From: Octopus bimaculoides
Lineage: Eukaryota
DNA length: 50,246 bases
Assembly: GCF_001194135.2 (NCBI RefSeq)
Contig: NC_068990.1
Coordinates: forward strand, 90,288,231-90,338,476
Direction: 5' to 3'
Shown piece by piece: positions 36,613-48,438 of the stretch; the stretch's first letter is position 1, and each line of letters opens with the position of its first letter. The position numbers were made by a program, and so were the translations under genes. The notes beneath the pieces are model-generated. The model did no database searches, was not told the origin of the DNA, and saw only the letters and a program-made list of their open reading frames with translations.

Positions 36613-36705
36613 GAAGAAGAAGAAGAAGAAGAAGAAGAAGAAGAAGAAGAAGAAGAAGAAGAAGAAGAAGAAGAAGAAGAAGAAGAAGAAGAAGAAGAAG
36701 AAGAA
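36613..36705. repeat. (GAA)31 pure microsatellite within a purine-rich low-complexity tract (36570-37220)
   Basis: 93 nt uninterrupted; source of the poly-R/E/K/S/L ORFs. Confidence 0.97.
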
Positions 36706-38158
36706 GAGACAGGAGGAGGAGGTGGAAAAGAAGAAAAGCAGGAGGAGGAGAAGAAGAAGACAAAAAAGGGGAAAAAGAAAAGGAAGACGAAGGAGAGGAA
36801 GGAGAAGAAGAAGGAGAAGGAGAGGAAAATGAAGAAGTAAAAAGTAGGAGGAGCAGAAAGAGAAAAAGAATAACGGTGGAAAAGGAAGAGGAAGAGGAAA
36901 AAGAAAAAGAAGGAATGGGAGACGACTAGAAAAGGAATCGGAATGAAGTGAAGAAAGAAAGAAACAAGATGAAAAAGAAGAGGAAGTAAAAGGAGCAGAA
37001 GAAAGTAAAGAGGAGGAGTCTGAGGAGGAGAAGGAGGAGGTGGAACATCAGCAGCAGCAATATCAGCAACAACAACAACAGCAACAACCAAGAACAAAAA
37101 ACAAAAAAGACCCGTATGGAAGAAATAAGACAAAAGAGAAGCTGTTAATGGAGAACGGTTGGAAGATGGAAGGAGAGGATTCGAAAGAAGGAGAGTTGAT
37201 TGTGAAAGTAATTTGAGATGTGAGGGGGAGGAAAGGGAGGGGGAAAATACGGGTGCGACAGGGTAGACGTAAATGTGTGAATGACTGTGTGTGTGGTGGT
37301 ATATAAAGTTAAGTGTATATATATATATATATATGTGGATGTAACAATATCTATATATATATGTGTGTGTGTGTACGCGCCCATATCTGTCTCTGTGTGT
37401 GCGTGTGTGTGTGTATGTGTGTGTGTGTGTGAGAGCGTGAGGGACTGTGTGTGTGTGTGAAAAAATATATATAACTGAACACATGAATATATGCCTAACT
37501 TAAGAACTATACTAGTGTGTTCGGGCGCGTGGGTATATATATGTGTGTGTGTATGTATATATGTATATATGCATGTATATGTATATAGTGATATATAAAG
37601 TAAAGTCTATACATATATATATATAAATGTGGATGTAACAATATCTATATATATATATATATGTGTGTATGTGTACGCACCCATATCTGTCAGTGTGTGT
37701 GCGTGTGTGTGCGTGTGTGCGTGCGTGTGTGTGTGTGTGTGTGTGTGTAAGTGTGTGTACACATATCCAATATACACATGCAGGCAGTGTGGTAATGTGT
37801 GAGAGATAGAAGGCAGATAATATGGGAGGAAAGTAGACATCGCGGCGCAGACACGTTAACAGGTTGCAATATGAATGAAGGAAGGAAAGAAAGGAAAAGA
37901 GACGAAGAATATATACGAGAAACAGAGACAGACAGAGAGGGAGGGAGAGAGAGAGAGAGCATGAGAGAAAGGGGAGAGAATGACTGTTGCAGGAGAAAGG
38001 GGGGCGTACGTGAAAGAGAAGGCAAGCGCAACAGGCAGAGATAGAGAGAGAGATTAAGAAAGTATACGTACACGCACAAACACACATATATATATAAACA
38101 GATATATATATATATACATATCTACACGCTGAGTAATATGCATATGCATGTATACCTA

Positions 38159-38255
<97 letters not shown>

Positions 38256-38310
38256 ATTTACAGGTTTGTATATGCATGCATACTTACATTTATATATATA
38301 TATATATATT

Positions 38311-38348
<38 letters not shown>

Positions 38349-38983
38349 TATGTATGCATATACATTTGTATGTCTATTATGCATATATATGTATATATAC
38401 GTGCGGGTGTGTACATGCGCACAGACATATATACATACATGTACACATATGTCAAACATTGTTTAGAGAGAGGCACACAGAGAGAATGAGAGAGACAAAG
38501 CGAGAGAGAGAAAGAGAGAGCGTCACAGAGATATATATAAAAGATAAATAGATTGTAAGAGAGGAAAAGAGCGAAAATTGTAGGCATTGAAATGATTAAA
38601 TACAATAGAAAAGTTTGGAGGCAAAATGATGCCATTATCTTATTGCTCGTACCATTTTCATGATGAATTCCTTCTTTGGAACTCTGTGTAATATTTGTGT
38701 CATGTTATAGAATTAACGAAATGTCGAAACTATAGTAGCGCCATATACCTACTTGGAGATATTGCTTGCTTAGTTATGGGGTTGCAGTTGCGGTAAAAAT
38801 GTGTAGCGTCTCTCAATGACATATGTGGATGTGTCGCAGTAGTTGTGCGCAAACACTTTGGATCTTAGAATGGGTCTTTATTGTATCTGATTGTATTAGC
38901 AGATTCAGTGAATATGGTTTGCGTCGTTTTACAAGGCAGTTAAAGACGTGCACGCATAGTAAGGTACGCACCAGGAAATGTAT

Positions 38984-39024
<41 letters not shown>

Positions 39025-39791
39025 NNNNNNNNNNNNNNNNNNNNNNNNNNNNNNNNNNNNNNNNNNNNNNNNNNNNNNNNNNNNNNNNNNNNNNNNNNNN
39101 NNNNNNNNNNNNNNNNNNNNNNNNNNNNNNNNNNNNNNNNNNNNNNNNNNNNNNNNNNNNNNNNNNNNNNNNNNNNNNNNNNNNNNNNNNNNNNNNNNNN
39201 NNNNNNNNNNNNNNNNNNNNNNNNNNNNNNNNNNNNNNNNNNNNNNNNNNNNNNNNNNNNNNNNNNNNNNNNNNNNNNNNNNNNNNNNNNNNNNNNNNNN
39301 NNNNNNNNNNNNNNNNNNNNNNNNNNNNNNNNNNNNNNNNNNNNNNNNNNNNNNNNNNNNNNNNNNNNNNNNNNNNNNNNNNTATATATATATATATGTG
39401 TGTATATAAACAAATATATATATGTATGTATATATGTATATACATATATATAATATAGATATATATATATATACACATATATACATGCATACACATATCT
39501 ATGTATGTACGTATGGATGGATGGATGGATGGATGGATGAATGGATGTATCAATGTCTGTGTATATATGTGTGCGTGTGTGTGTTTATGTGTGTGTATGC
39601 ACATATGTGCGCATACTGAAAGTGAGCACATATTTGCACCCATGCAATTAAGTGTTTGTGAGTAAATATAAATACACATACACATACATTTCCACATACA
39701 AATTGATGCACACATAAAAAAATCAACGTGCATATATATAATATATACGCACACATGCACAGGTGCACACATACACATAGGTGGGCTGTTA

Positions 39792-39963
39792 GATGCAAGA
39801 GTAAGAGGAAGTTGTGGCGAAAGAGTCAGCAGAAGTTCACCACTACCTTCTGCCGGAGCCGTGTGGAGCTTTCGCTCAATAAACGCCCCGGTCTGGGAAT
39901 CGAAACCGCGATCCTCCGACTGCGAGTCCGCTGCCCTAACCACTGGGCCATTGCGCCTCCACA
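39792..39963 (-). mobile_element. tRNA-headed SINE, family C, 3'-truncated
   Basis: Reverse complement GGAGGCGCAATGGCCCAGTGGTTAGGGCAGCGGACTCGCAGTCGGAGGATCGCGGTTTCGATTCCCAGACC has A and B boxes and an anticodon-arm-like stem, but no acceptor stem. Confidence 0.85.
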
Positions 39964-40983
39964 TAACCTTTTTAAATAAATATATTTTAAAACCTCTGCT
40001 AAAATTATAATGTGGTTACATAGGTTTTCTCTGTGTCATTCTGAAACATGTGGCATCGATCTGAATTGACTTCTTCGACCAAAACATGTGAAAGAATATC
40101 ATTTTCGTTTTCTGTGTATGTAGTAAGTCTAGTCAATTGCACACAACACAGTTTTAAGAAAATATATGTAGTTATATGAGTGTGCACGTGTATATACATA
40201 TGTGTGAGTGTGTGCGTGTGTGTGTGTGTGCGTGTGTGTGTGCGTGTGTGTGCGTGTGAACTGTGTGTGCGTGCATGTAAAAATGCTTTCTTTTTTAAAC
40301 AGAAGTAAAAAGATATATAAGATGAAATCGAAAATGCATATGGAGTCTTTTAGAAGATTATTTATTTTTTATTTACATTATCCCAAACTGACTTATAATT
40401 TCATTATTATAAAAAGAGTTCAGAAAACAAATGATGTTAATGCTACCTCGTTTTCTTGTTTTATATATTTGCACGAAGAAAAGAAAGACATACATTTATA
40501 ATTTAGCACCTTACAGCAGCATGTGGTGAATGTATCGATTTGACTGGGGTTTTCTTTTTTTAACATTACACCATCTAACCGTTTGTGAATGTATTTTTTG
40601 TTTAGCTATTTTAGTTCCGTGTTATTTTTTAAAATTTATATTCGTGTGGATTTGTATCATTTTCATTGGTTGTTTTAAAACATGACATGTCCTAAGTTAT
40701 TGAATTATGGTTTGTATATTTTGATAAATATAATTCCTTTATTTATCAATATTTGATCTCAAGATTTCTCAGTGCATTAGGGCAAGGGAAGATGTGATAT
40801 TTCGTGAAATTATCTTTTGAACATACGAATTTGACTGGCGAATATTGAGGCTGCCATCTACGGTTGCTTTTGGAGTAAAAGACGGGGAGAAAGGGAATTT
40901 GGTAAGAAATAAAAGGGAAGGAGAATTTTCGCTTTACATAAGGAACTACTCAGGGCTTATAAACTTTTGTCTTTGTTTTGCCT

Positions 40984-41039
<56 letters not shown>

Positions 41040-41066
41040 TTATTATTATTATTATTATTATTATTA

Positions 41067-41104
<38 letters not shown>
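40984..41104. repeat. (TAC)n(TAT)n compound microsatellite
   Basis: Directly abuts the element at 41105. Confidence 0.96.
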
Positions 41105-41532
41105 GAGTGAGAGAGCAGTGCATACCGTCAAAGTGACACTGAGGTAAAATATACAAAGCCCATTATACCCATCATGACTACCCGTCTGATAAGAGTACAC
41201 CAGGCACATGCATCCCAACCATATGTGCGCGACATGGTGATCTCATATCAAGATAAACAGCGCATGACCTCGCAGGTGTGGCCCAGTTAGAATTTTCTTC
41301 AGGTCGGGTAGCCCATCCCGCTCAAAAGGTCCCTGAATAAGGTTTGTTTAAGGATGTTGAGCAAAACACCCATGTTTCCAAAGGTCAATTATTCAAACCC
41401 CAAAGAATTCCTCTCAATACATGGCTATGATGCTCCCCCACTACTTCTGCTCGTGATCAGAGATGCGCATATCGTCAGCCACCAAGGAACATGCTCAACT
41501 GGTTAAGGTCAGACAACTGACAAGCAAATCTG
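41105..41532 (-). mobile_element. Retroposon-like interspersed repeat with trinucleotide tail, unclassified
   Basis: GC-balanced 430-bp block whose minus strand ends GCACTGCTCTCTCACTC then (AAT)n(AGT)n; recalled as a high-copy octopus repeat. Confidence 0.65.
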
Positions 41533-41680
41533 AAAACGATCCCCATTGTGCTACATAGAGACAAACATACAATTTACCAATATGTCGCTTTGATCAATAC
41601 ATTAGGAATAAACTAATTCTTTGTAGTTTTGGCAAAAAGCCAACGATTTTGAGTGTGCGTGCGTGTGTGTGTGTGTGTGT

Positions 41681-41844
41681 GGGGATAATCAATTACATCG
41701 GTCCCAGGGCTGAAGTAGTACTTTAATTTTATCGACTCCAAAATGACATGAGGTAAAGTCAACCTGGGTGACATTTGAACTCAGAGTGGAAAGAACCAGA
41801 AGCATTTTGTCCGCAGCGACAATGATTCTGCCAGCGGCTTGCCT
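41681..41844 (-). mobile_element. Old family A SINE
   Basis: TTTATCGACTCCAAAA..GGTAAAGTCAACCTGGG..ATTTGAACTCAGA..GATTCTGCCAGC. Confidence 0.8.
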
Positions 41845-41924
41845 CGTTTTGAATAAAATAATATAAGAAAAATAAAAGAAAAAACATAAATGGTAGAAAC
41901 TTCAGTCAGCTGGGACCAAAGATG

Positions 41925-42040
41925 TAGCCTTTGTATGTCCTCTCATCCTGCTAGAAATAACAACTAAATCCCTTGCAAATCACGTAACCCAACGTCGCGA
42001 GAGGGAGGAGACATTAAATGATGTAGTCGTGGATACAGTA
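41925..42040 (+). mobile_element. Old SINE-like repeat, family D
   Basis: Homologous to the reverse complement of 13692-13769. Confidence 0.62.
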
Positions 42041-43213
42041 TGGATAGTCACGCCGGGAAATGCCATTGATCATAGATCTGAAGTACAAGAGTTGACTTTG
42101 GATCTATAAAACAAGAATAAAAGCAGAAGCAGCAAAAAAAAGAAGAAACCGTAATAACAACAAAAACAGCAGCACCAGCAACAACAACAACAGAGATAAC
42201 ATTGACAGATGCACCTCCAACAACAACAGCAACAACAACAGCAGGCAAAACAAATGCAGCAGCAACAACAACAACAGCAGTCCCAGAAACTGCAAGTCAG
42301 CCTAAAACGGTAAAAATTGCAGCGGCTGAGCTACTTGGAACTTCATAATTACAGTGTTAATTTAATGTTTCCAGAGATGCTTATTTTCTTTGCTTTGAGT
42401 AAATGCAACGAGAAAATAGCTTTTAATTATAGTTGTCTCTGAAAATGCTTATTCAGATATCTTTTTTTCTCAAGATACTATTTTCCTTTCTTTTAAAATT
42501 AAAACCACAAAATAGATAAATTGTCAATTCATGCATTAATAGGCCCAAAACTCAGTGAAATTAAACGGTAGGGAATGCAATAAGTAAAAATGTTTAATTG
42601 GTTTCAACGAAACCAATTTGTTTACTGGGAATTGGGGAGGAAATATTTAAAATGTATAATTTATCTTATGATACACGGAAAACGCACGAAAGTTTGCCAA
42701 ATGGATCGCGTATAATCTGAAATGATAAACTTAATTAGTCACACTGTGTGATATTAACCCCACGCATTTGGGTTCTTTTAATGGCTTCCATTTTTGAAGA
42801 TAACTGGATATACTGTACTGATTCCTATTACTACAACACATGAATAGTAGTTTCTTCGTCCCTTACTTAGAGTCTCTGGGACAGTTGAGTTTTCTTTGAC
42901 TAAGGAAAACACTAAAGAAATGATAAAACTGTTCTGCACGACCAACCAACTAGCATAGTGATGGACGTTGTCATTCAGGCATTAAGTGCGGGTGAAGAAC
43001 ACAGCCATGCTCAAATAACGGGTTATTAACCAATGGGTCCCCAGCTGATTGTCTGATCTTCAGTTTATTCTCACCATGCCATCATCCTAAACCATCTTTC
43101 ATGCTTAAAGAAGAAACTGACTTTGACCTTTTGACACACATGATGCCCCCAATATAAGGTCTCTTTTAGTTTACGTTGGCAATTCCTTACTAGTTGACGC
43201 CGATTTCCCCAAG

Positions 43214-43416
43214 AAGGTGGCGAACTTAGCATTATTGTTAGCACGTCGAAGAAAATGCTTTACGGTATTTCTTTTGGTTCATTTCGTTCAGAGCTCATCT
43301 TCCACCGAGGTCAGCTTTGCCTAACATCCCTTCGGAGTCAATAAAACAAAGTACCAGTCAAGAGTTGGAGTTGATGTAATCGACTTGTCCCTTTCCTTCA
43401 AAATTACTAGCTTTGA
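43214..43416 (+). mobile_element. Family A SINE, full length, diverged
   Basis: AAGGTGGCGAACTTAGCATTATTGTTAGCACG..CCACCGAGGTCAGCTTTGCCT..AAGTACCAGTC..TGATGTAATCGACT. Confidence 0.85.
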
Positions 43417-43983
43417 CTCCTGTAATGGGCCAACATCCCATTCAAGGAGAATACTGTAATAGTTAATAGTAAAATAGTAAAATAATTAATAGTAAAATTT
43501 TGTGAGAAAGGAATTTCAGAAATATGAACATCGCAGAGAAAAAGTTGGAAACTGAAGGCTTAAGACGTGAGAGCGTGGGTGCAGAGAGGAGGTGAGACAA
43601 TTTGAAGGATGAGACTACAGAGGTGGTAAGTAGATAGCAAGTTGATAGGAGCAGAGGCTGTTTTATTTGCAACTGCAGAGGCAGATATAAGAGTCAGCAT
43701 TTATATCATTGCTAATCTATCACTTGGCCTTTTTATGTGGTTTATGATCCTTGTGGGAGTGCATTAGTTCATGTGTAAAAAAGAACGAAACAATGTATTT
43801 AGATTTCTGTGTTTCAGTCATGAAGACAACGTTTGGTATCTAAATGTCTTAGTGTTAGTGGCTATAACTATTAGTATTGCTAATCCCCACTCAGCTCTGA
43901 TACATCACACCTATGATTACAGGGATTTCCAGTTGTGAAAATCACATCTCTTTTTCCGTGAATGGAAATTTTGTTTTCTACAG

Positions 43984-44122
43984 GAACCGGTATATGCAGA
44001 AACATGCTGCAATATATTCGAAAGAACCTCTCAAATAATTGGTTCTTAATATCACCAGACTTGATCTTCATCCGCAAGATGCACAAAGTTCCAAGAAAAA
44101 GTTATTTTATTTTACTTACCCT
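43984..44122 (+). other. Candidate exon (139 nt)
   Basis: Acceptor AATTTTGTTTTCTACAG, donor CCT/GTAAGT; one fully open frame TGICRNMLQYIRKNLSNNWFLISPDLIFIRKMHKVPRKSYFILLT. Confidence 0.3.
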
Positions 44123-44193
44123 GTAAGTAATCATTTAAAACAAACACAGACACCATATGTCTACTGTTTTTCTCATGTTCAGTAAAGGCTTGA
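44120..44193 (-). other. Candidate exon (74 nt)
   Basis: Acceptor TATATATTTTTCAG, donor AGG/GTAAGT; open frame QAFTEHEKNSRHMVSVFVLNDYLQ; another frame gives MRKTVDIWCLCLF*MITYR. Confidence 0.38.
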
Positions 44194-44882
44194 CTGAAAA
44201 ATATATACGAATTTTTGTTTGGCAAATATTTTGTAACAACTTCAGAAAATCAACAGTATTCAGTAATGCAATTTTAGGTATTATTAGCAATTAATATAAT
44301 TTATGTTGCCAAGTGTCTGTCTTTTTTCCCTCATAATCCCATAAAGCTTCTCATCATAACTAATTCGGAATTTATTTCCCTTCATATTTCGGTCTTAAAA
44401 TTTACGATAATGGCGCAATAGTCTTAAAAATATTTGTCAACCATCAATAAATTTCAAGATAAATTGAAAAATATACGATAAAAATACTTTTGTGCCAACA
44501 CTTACAAAAGAAAGAAGATAGATTACAACATATATCCTTATACTCACAACTGTCTACTACCCACCAAACTGCGTAGCGTTTGCGATGTAGAGGCTCCACC
44601 GTTAGCGACTATGCGACCAGGTAGAGTCTACAGTCAATTGGTTTGCTCTACATGGTAGCCAAACCTCAAATGACACAACTGCACTTTAGAAAAGGGCACA
44701 TCGATTAATGTAATGCTGAATGGACAATTTCTGAAACAAGATTGGTTGACCACAATTGAATTTTGATCAAGAAATTGCTAAATTATGTTTGCCCTGCCAT
44801 TTAACAACATTTTCTTTACTGAAGAAAAGTTATATAATTAAGATAATGTAGTGTTACCTAACCGATTGAGTTACATACTTAC

Positions 44883-44964
44883 CTTGTCCCAGTTTGTTGT
44901 GAAGTTATTGCCACAATAAAGTGTCAACTCTTGTAGATGAATTCACTTGCATTCACAGTTAAAT
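44883..44964 (-). other. Candidate non-coding exon (82 nt)
   Basis: Acceptor TAATATCTTTTAG, donor AAG/GTAAGT; stops in all three frames. Confidence 0.38.
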
Positions 44965-45124
44965 CTAAAAGATATTATTTTAATAGTGGCACAAACATTT
45001 TATATAGTATTCGTAAATAACCACATCGTTCATCAACAAACCATCATACAGATTCTAGTCAATCGTTGTTCTGTTACTACAAAGGATACTATTTTTCTGA
45101 ATTAACGGACTGTATATGAATACC

Positions 45125-45495
45125 TCACTTAATCCAATTGTTTCTCTTTCGTTCTTCGTCTCGACTGCATCCCATGTTTAAACTCCCAAACATAACACAT
45201 TGGCCAATATCACTATCCAACAAATGCAAGCCCTTAGATGTTTCTCCCTGTACAAGTTCAAATTTATCTCAGCGCTTGGGAAAGGCTAAAAGTGCAGTGA
45301 ATTATACAGGAATAATCGAGAAACAGTTCTGTTTTCTAAATAGTAAATCCTGTTCGAAGAATATTCTATGCTGGATTGCAGCATCAAGCTTGTACTGCGT
45401 AGGATCAAACTGATTTACTTTAGCGAAGTATAACGTATGCAGATGCATGGTAGGGGAGTGATAAGTTCTCGGAAAGTAACGCTTGATATGCGGTT
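45125..45495 (-). pseudogene. Decayed ORF, possibly a Mutator/Phantom-type transposase fragment
   Basis: About 122 codons with 2 stops: ..HLHTLYFAKVNQFDPTQYKLDAAIQHRIFFEQDLLFRKQNCFSIIPV*FTALLAFPKR*DKFELVQGETSKGLHLLDSDIGQCVMFGSLNMG..W; loosely fits the TxxGxxFLLxDS..IFG..W region upstream of the MULE DDE domain. Confidence 0.3.
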
Positions 45496-46306
45496 TCTAT
45501 TCCCTTATTGGGTGCCTCCTTTCAATTTCTCATCCGTGAGTAACACATACTTTTTCTCAAATATCGGAGGAAAGTGTGAACCCAAGAGATGATTCACACC
45601 GTTCTGTTCACCGGCAATTACCTCTTCCCGTTCATTGCAAATAAGCACAAGATACAGTTTCCAGAATAGTGACATGAGACAGGTCATTAAGCTGTGTTCT
45701 TATTTCATAGTTATTTTATAAAACACTTATTTGTAATTTAAGCATAATTGTCAGTTTGTAAATACACCCATGTTATCGACCCAGAAAGTTAACTTTAGCA
45801 GATTCGAAACGCAAACAGCTGGAATTTCTTAATTACATATTCCACATGCATTATTATTTATCTCCGTCTTCGACTGAATTTTATTTTAAAGCTTATATTT
45901 AATTAATGTACAATAACCTTGTGCATTAATCTTCTCATAAGCTGCAAGATTGGCTATGAACTATATGATGTCAAACAAATATATTTTTTATATTTACAGC
46001 AGCCGTTGGTTGTTTGCTTTAATTTAGCCAAAAGACAAAAACCGCGTATGTATTTTCAGAAATTAATTAACTTATTCTTTTTAGTGTAACATTCAATGAT
46101 AATTCTAATCTTTTCACATTATACCACCGAAATCAAATTAAGTTTAATATTTCATCCCAACTTTCAGTGAATGTTGTAATCTTAGAAGCTTACAGAACTT
46201 ACATCAGAAGATTTAATTACCCATTTACACGTCTTAACATTCTTGCTTTGTTTTATTAAATATTGTGGTTTTCAAAATATATTCGATACTTTTGTAACTT
46301 AATAAT

Positions 46307-46370
<64 letters not shown>
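46307..46370. repeat. (CT)n microsatellite
   Basis: Near-perfect dinucleotide run. Confidence 0.95.
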
Positions 46371-46373
<3 letters not shown>

Positions 46374-47807
46374 CTTATGGAATTTTAAAGCCATTTTCTT
46401 AATAATTGAATCATAGGAGCAAAGATAGCGTCAGAGAATTTTCAAGTCATTAAAGACATTTGGATGGAAGGGGAAAATTATTCTCTGGCTAGAGACCTGG
46501 CCTGAAAGCTTACAACAAAGTGGATTATACTAAATTCACCCAAGGGCCAGAGTGTGTGTTAAAACAAGTAAAGGTTTAATACCGTCACCCAAATACATCG
46601 AGTGGGTTTCCACATGATCAAGTGTCAATAAAATTTCATTCACCGAAGAATTAGGCGCCCCGAGCCTATGCTAAAATATACTTGGAGAAGTTCAAAGGTT
46701 GACTGAATCTTAAACCGCGTCGTAACGATACAAACGTCTTGTACACACAATCATTCCTGCGCCAATTATAATTGGCCTTTTACAATTTTGTGGTAAGTTT
46801 TCTGTTTGTGCTCAAACATCAAAGATCTGTTTTATTCACTGCTAACGTCATTTTCTTGCAATGCTTACAATAAGCACCGAGTGGCGATAACATGAATGTC
46901 GAAGCTATACAGAAAAGCGATACAATGTTATATATAAAACCCTCAGGCTTAAATCAACGATCTAATTTCAGACCATTTCCAATAGAATTATAATCAGGCA
47001 ACAGATTATGACGAAAATTTTGACAAAATATAATTGATCAAGTGAACTTTAGTTTCGCATGGCCTCAGGTCAAATCCCTTGCAAGGCAATAGAATAAAAA
47101 TATTTTAAATTATCAATAAACAATTCTCTTTTTCTTCTCTCTGTTAGTCTCTGTCTATCTTTGTCTCTGTCTGTTTGTCTCTCTTTCTTTCTCTCCCATC
47201 TTCTGTCTTTCACATACTTTCTATCGTATCTTCAAAGTAGGCAGTTGCACATATACGATATTTTATGTTTCATTTCTCCAACCATGAGTCACGTGGGAGA
47301 TGGTGTGACGTTGAACACGTTAAATAGGGGCAATGACAGGATTTATTTTCGATTTCTCTATCCCGTTCTCTTTCTCTCTCTTATACACACGTATTCATAC
47401 GCACCCACGCACTCTCACATACGCGTGCACACACACACACACACACACACATCAACAGACCTCGAAATACTACCTAATCGACTTACGACCACCTGCAGTT
47501 ACAAGCATCTATAAATTCCTGTATCAGCAATTTCCCAAGGCGCGTCCTACGACCACCTTCAGTTACGACTAATCATATTCCCACTTGCACATACAAAATT
47601 TCTCTTGGCATTCATTACATTTCAACGCTCAAATTCAAACATGCCTAACAACGCCGACATTGGTATCGCAGTCGACACGTTTTCCTTCCCCCAATTCACT
47701 CGTACGCCAACGGTCACATCGCATCTCTCTTAAGAATCTCTTCAAAATTTACTACTCATTTGGGAATTTAGAATGAACCAATTTCAGCCGTCCAGCGTGG
47801 CGAATGA

Positions 47808-47866
<59 letters not shown>

Positions 47867-48388
47867 TGTTTAAACATGCATGTGTGGCGTACATTTGTGA
47901 GTGATTATGTGTTTATTTTCTTGCATCCATCTGCTTATGCATCACAGGTGTACAATGTGACATTGTATTAAGCTACATATTTCAAACTGAAGAAATAACT
48001 AAAAGGACCTTGAGAAAGATACGGAATCTCGTCTTCGCTATTCAGATAAATGAGGTAATTTATTATTTCAAATTGAGTTTAGCTCCTCATGAACTTCTGA
48101 CGATGCATAGATTAGGAAGAGAAAGAGAAAGAGGAGTAGAAAGAAAGAAAGAAAGAAAGAAGGAAAGAAAGAGAGGATGAGAGAAAGAGGGGAGAGACGG
48201 AGTTAGTGTGTAGAAGAAACAAGGAGAGTTTGTAAGAGATATGTCTACTTGTAGGTGTATAATTGGTGATAGTTCCTTTTATACACTCACGTATTTATAT
48301 GTTATGTACGTATACAACATCAGACACATTAGGCACATACAAAGGAACAACATTTCATATGTATGCTTACCCACGCACATTCATACAT

Positions 48389-48438
<50 letters not shown>

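Noticed and set aside
36203-37484. Poly-R/E/K/S/L ORFs
   Set aside because: These are translations of (GAA)n and purine-rich low-complexity DNA, open in several frames on both strands.
39890-39963. tRNA gene
   Set aside because: It has A/B boxes but no acceptor stem and continues into a SINE body. The same applies to the heads at 2653, 3142 and 6924.
42150-42348. Thr/Ala/Pro-rich mucin-like frame ending in AAAELLGTS
   Set aside because: It derives from a degenerate (CAA/CAG)n tract with no start or splice support. The similarity of 42317-42345 to the R4/Dong LLGT motif is too short to call.
44900-44964. Selenocysteine reading CECK-TGA in the 82-nt exon candidate
   Set aside because: No resemblance to a selenoprotein family I know and no SECIS identified.
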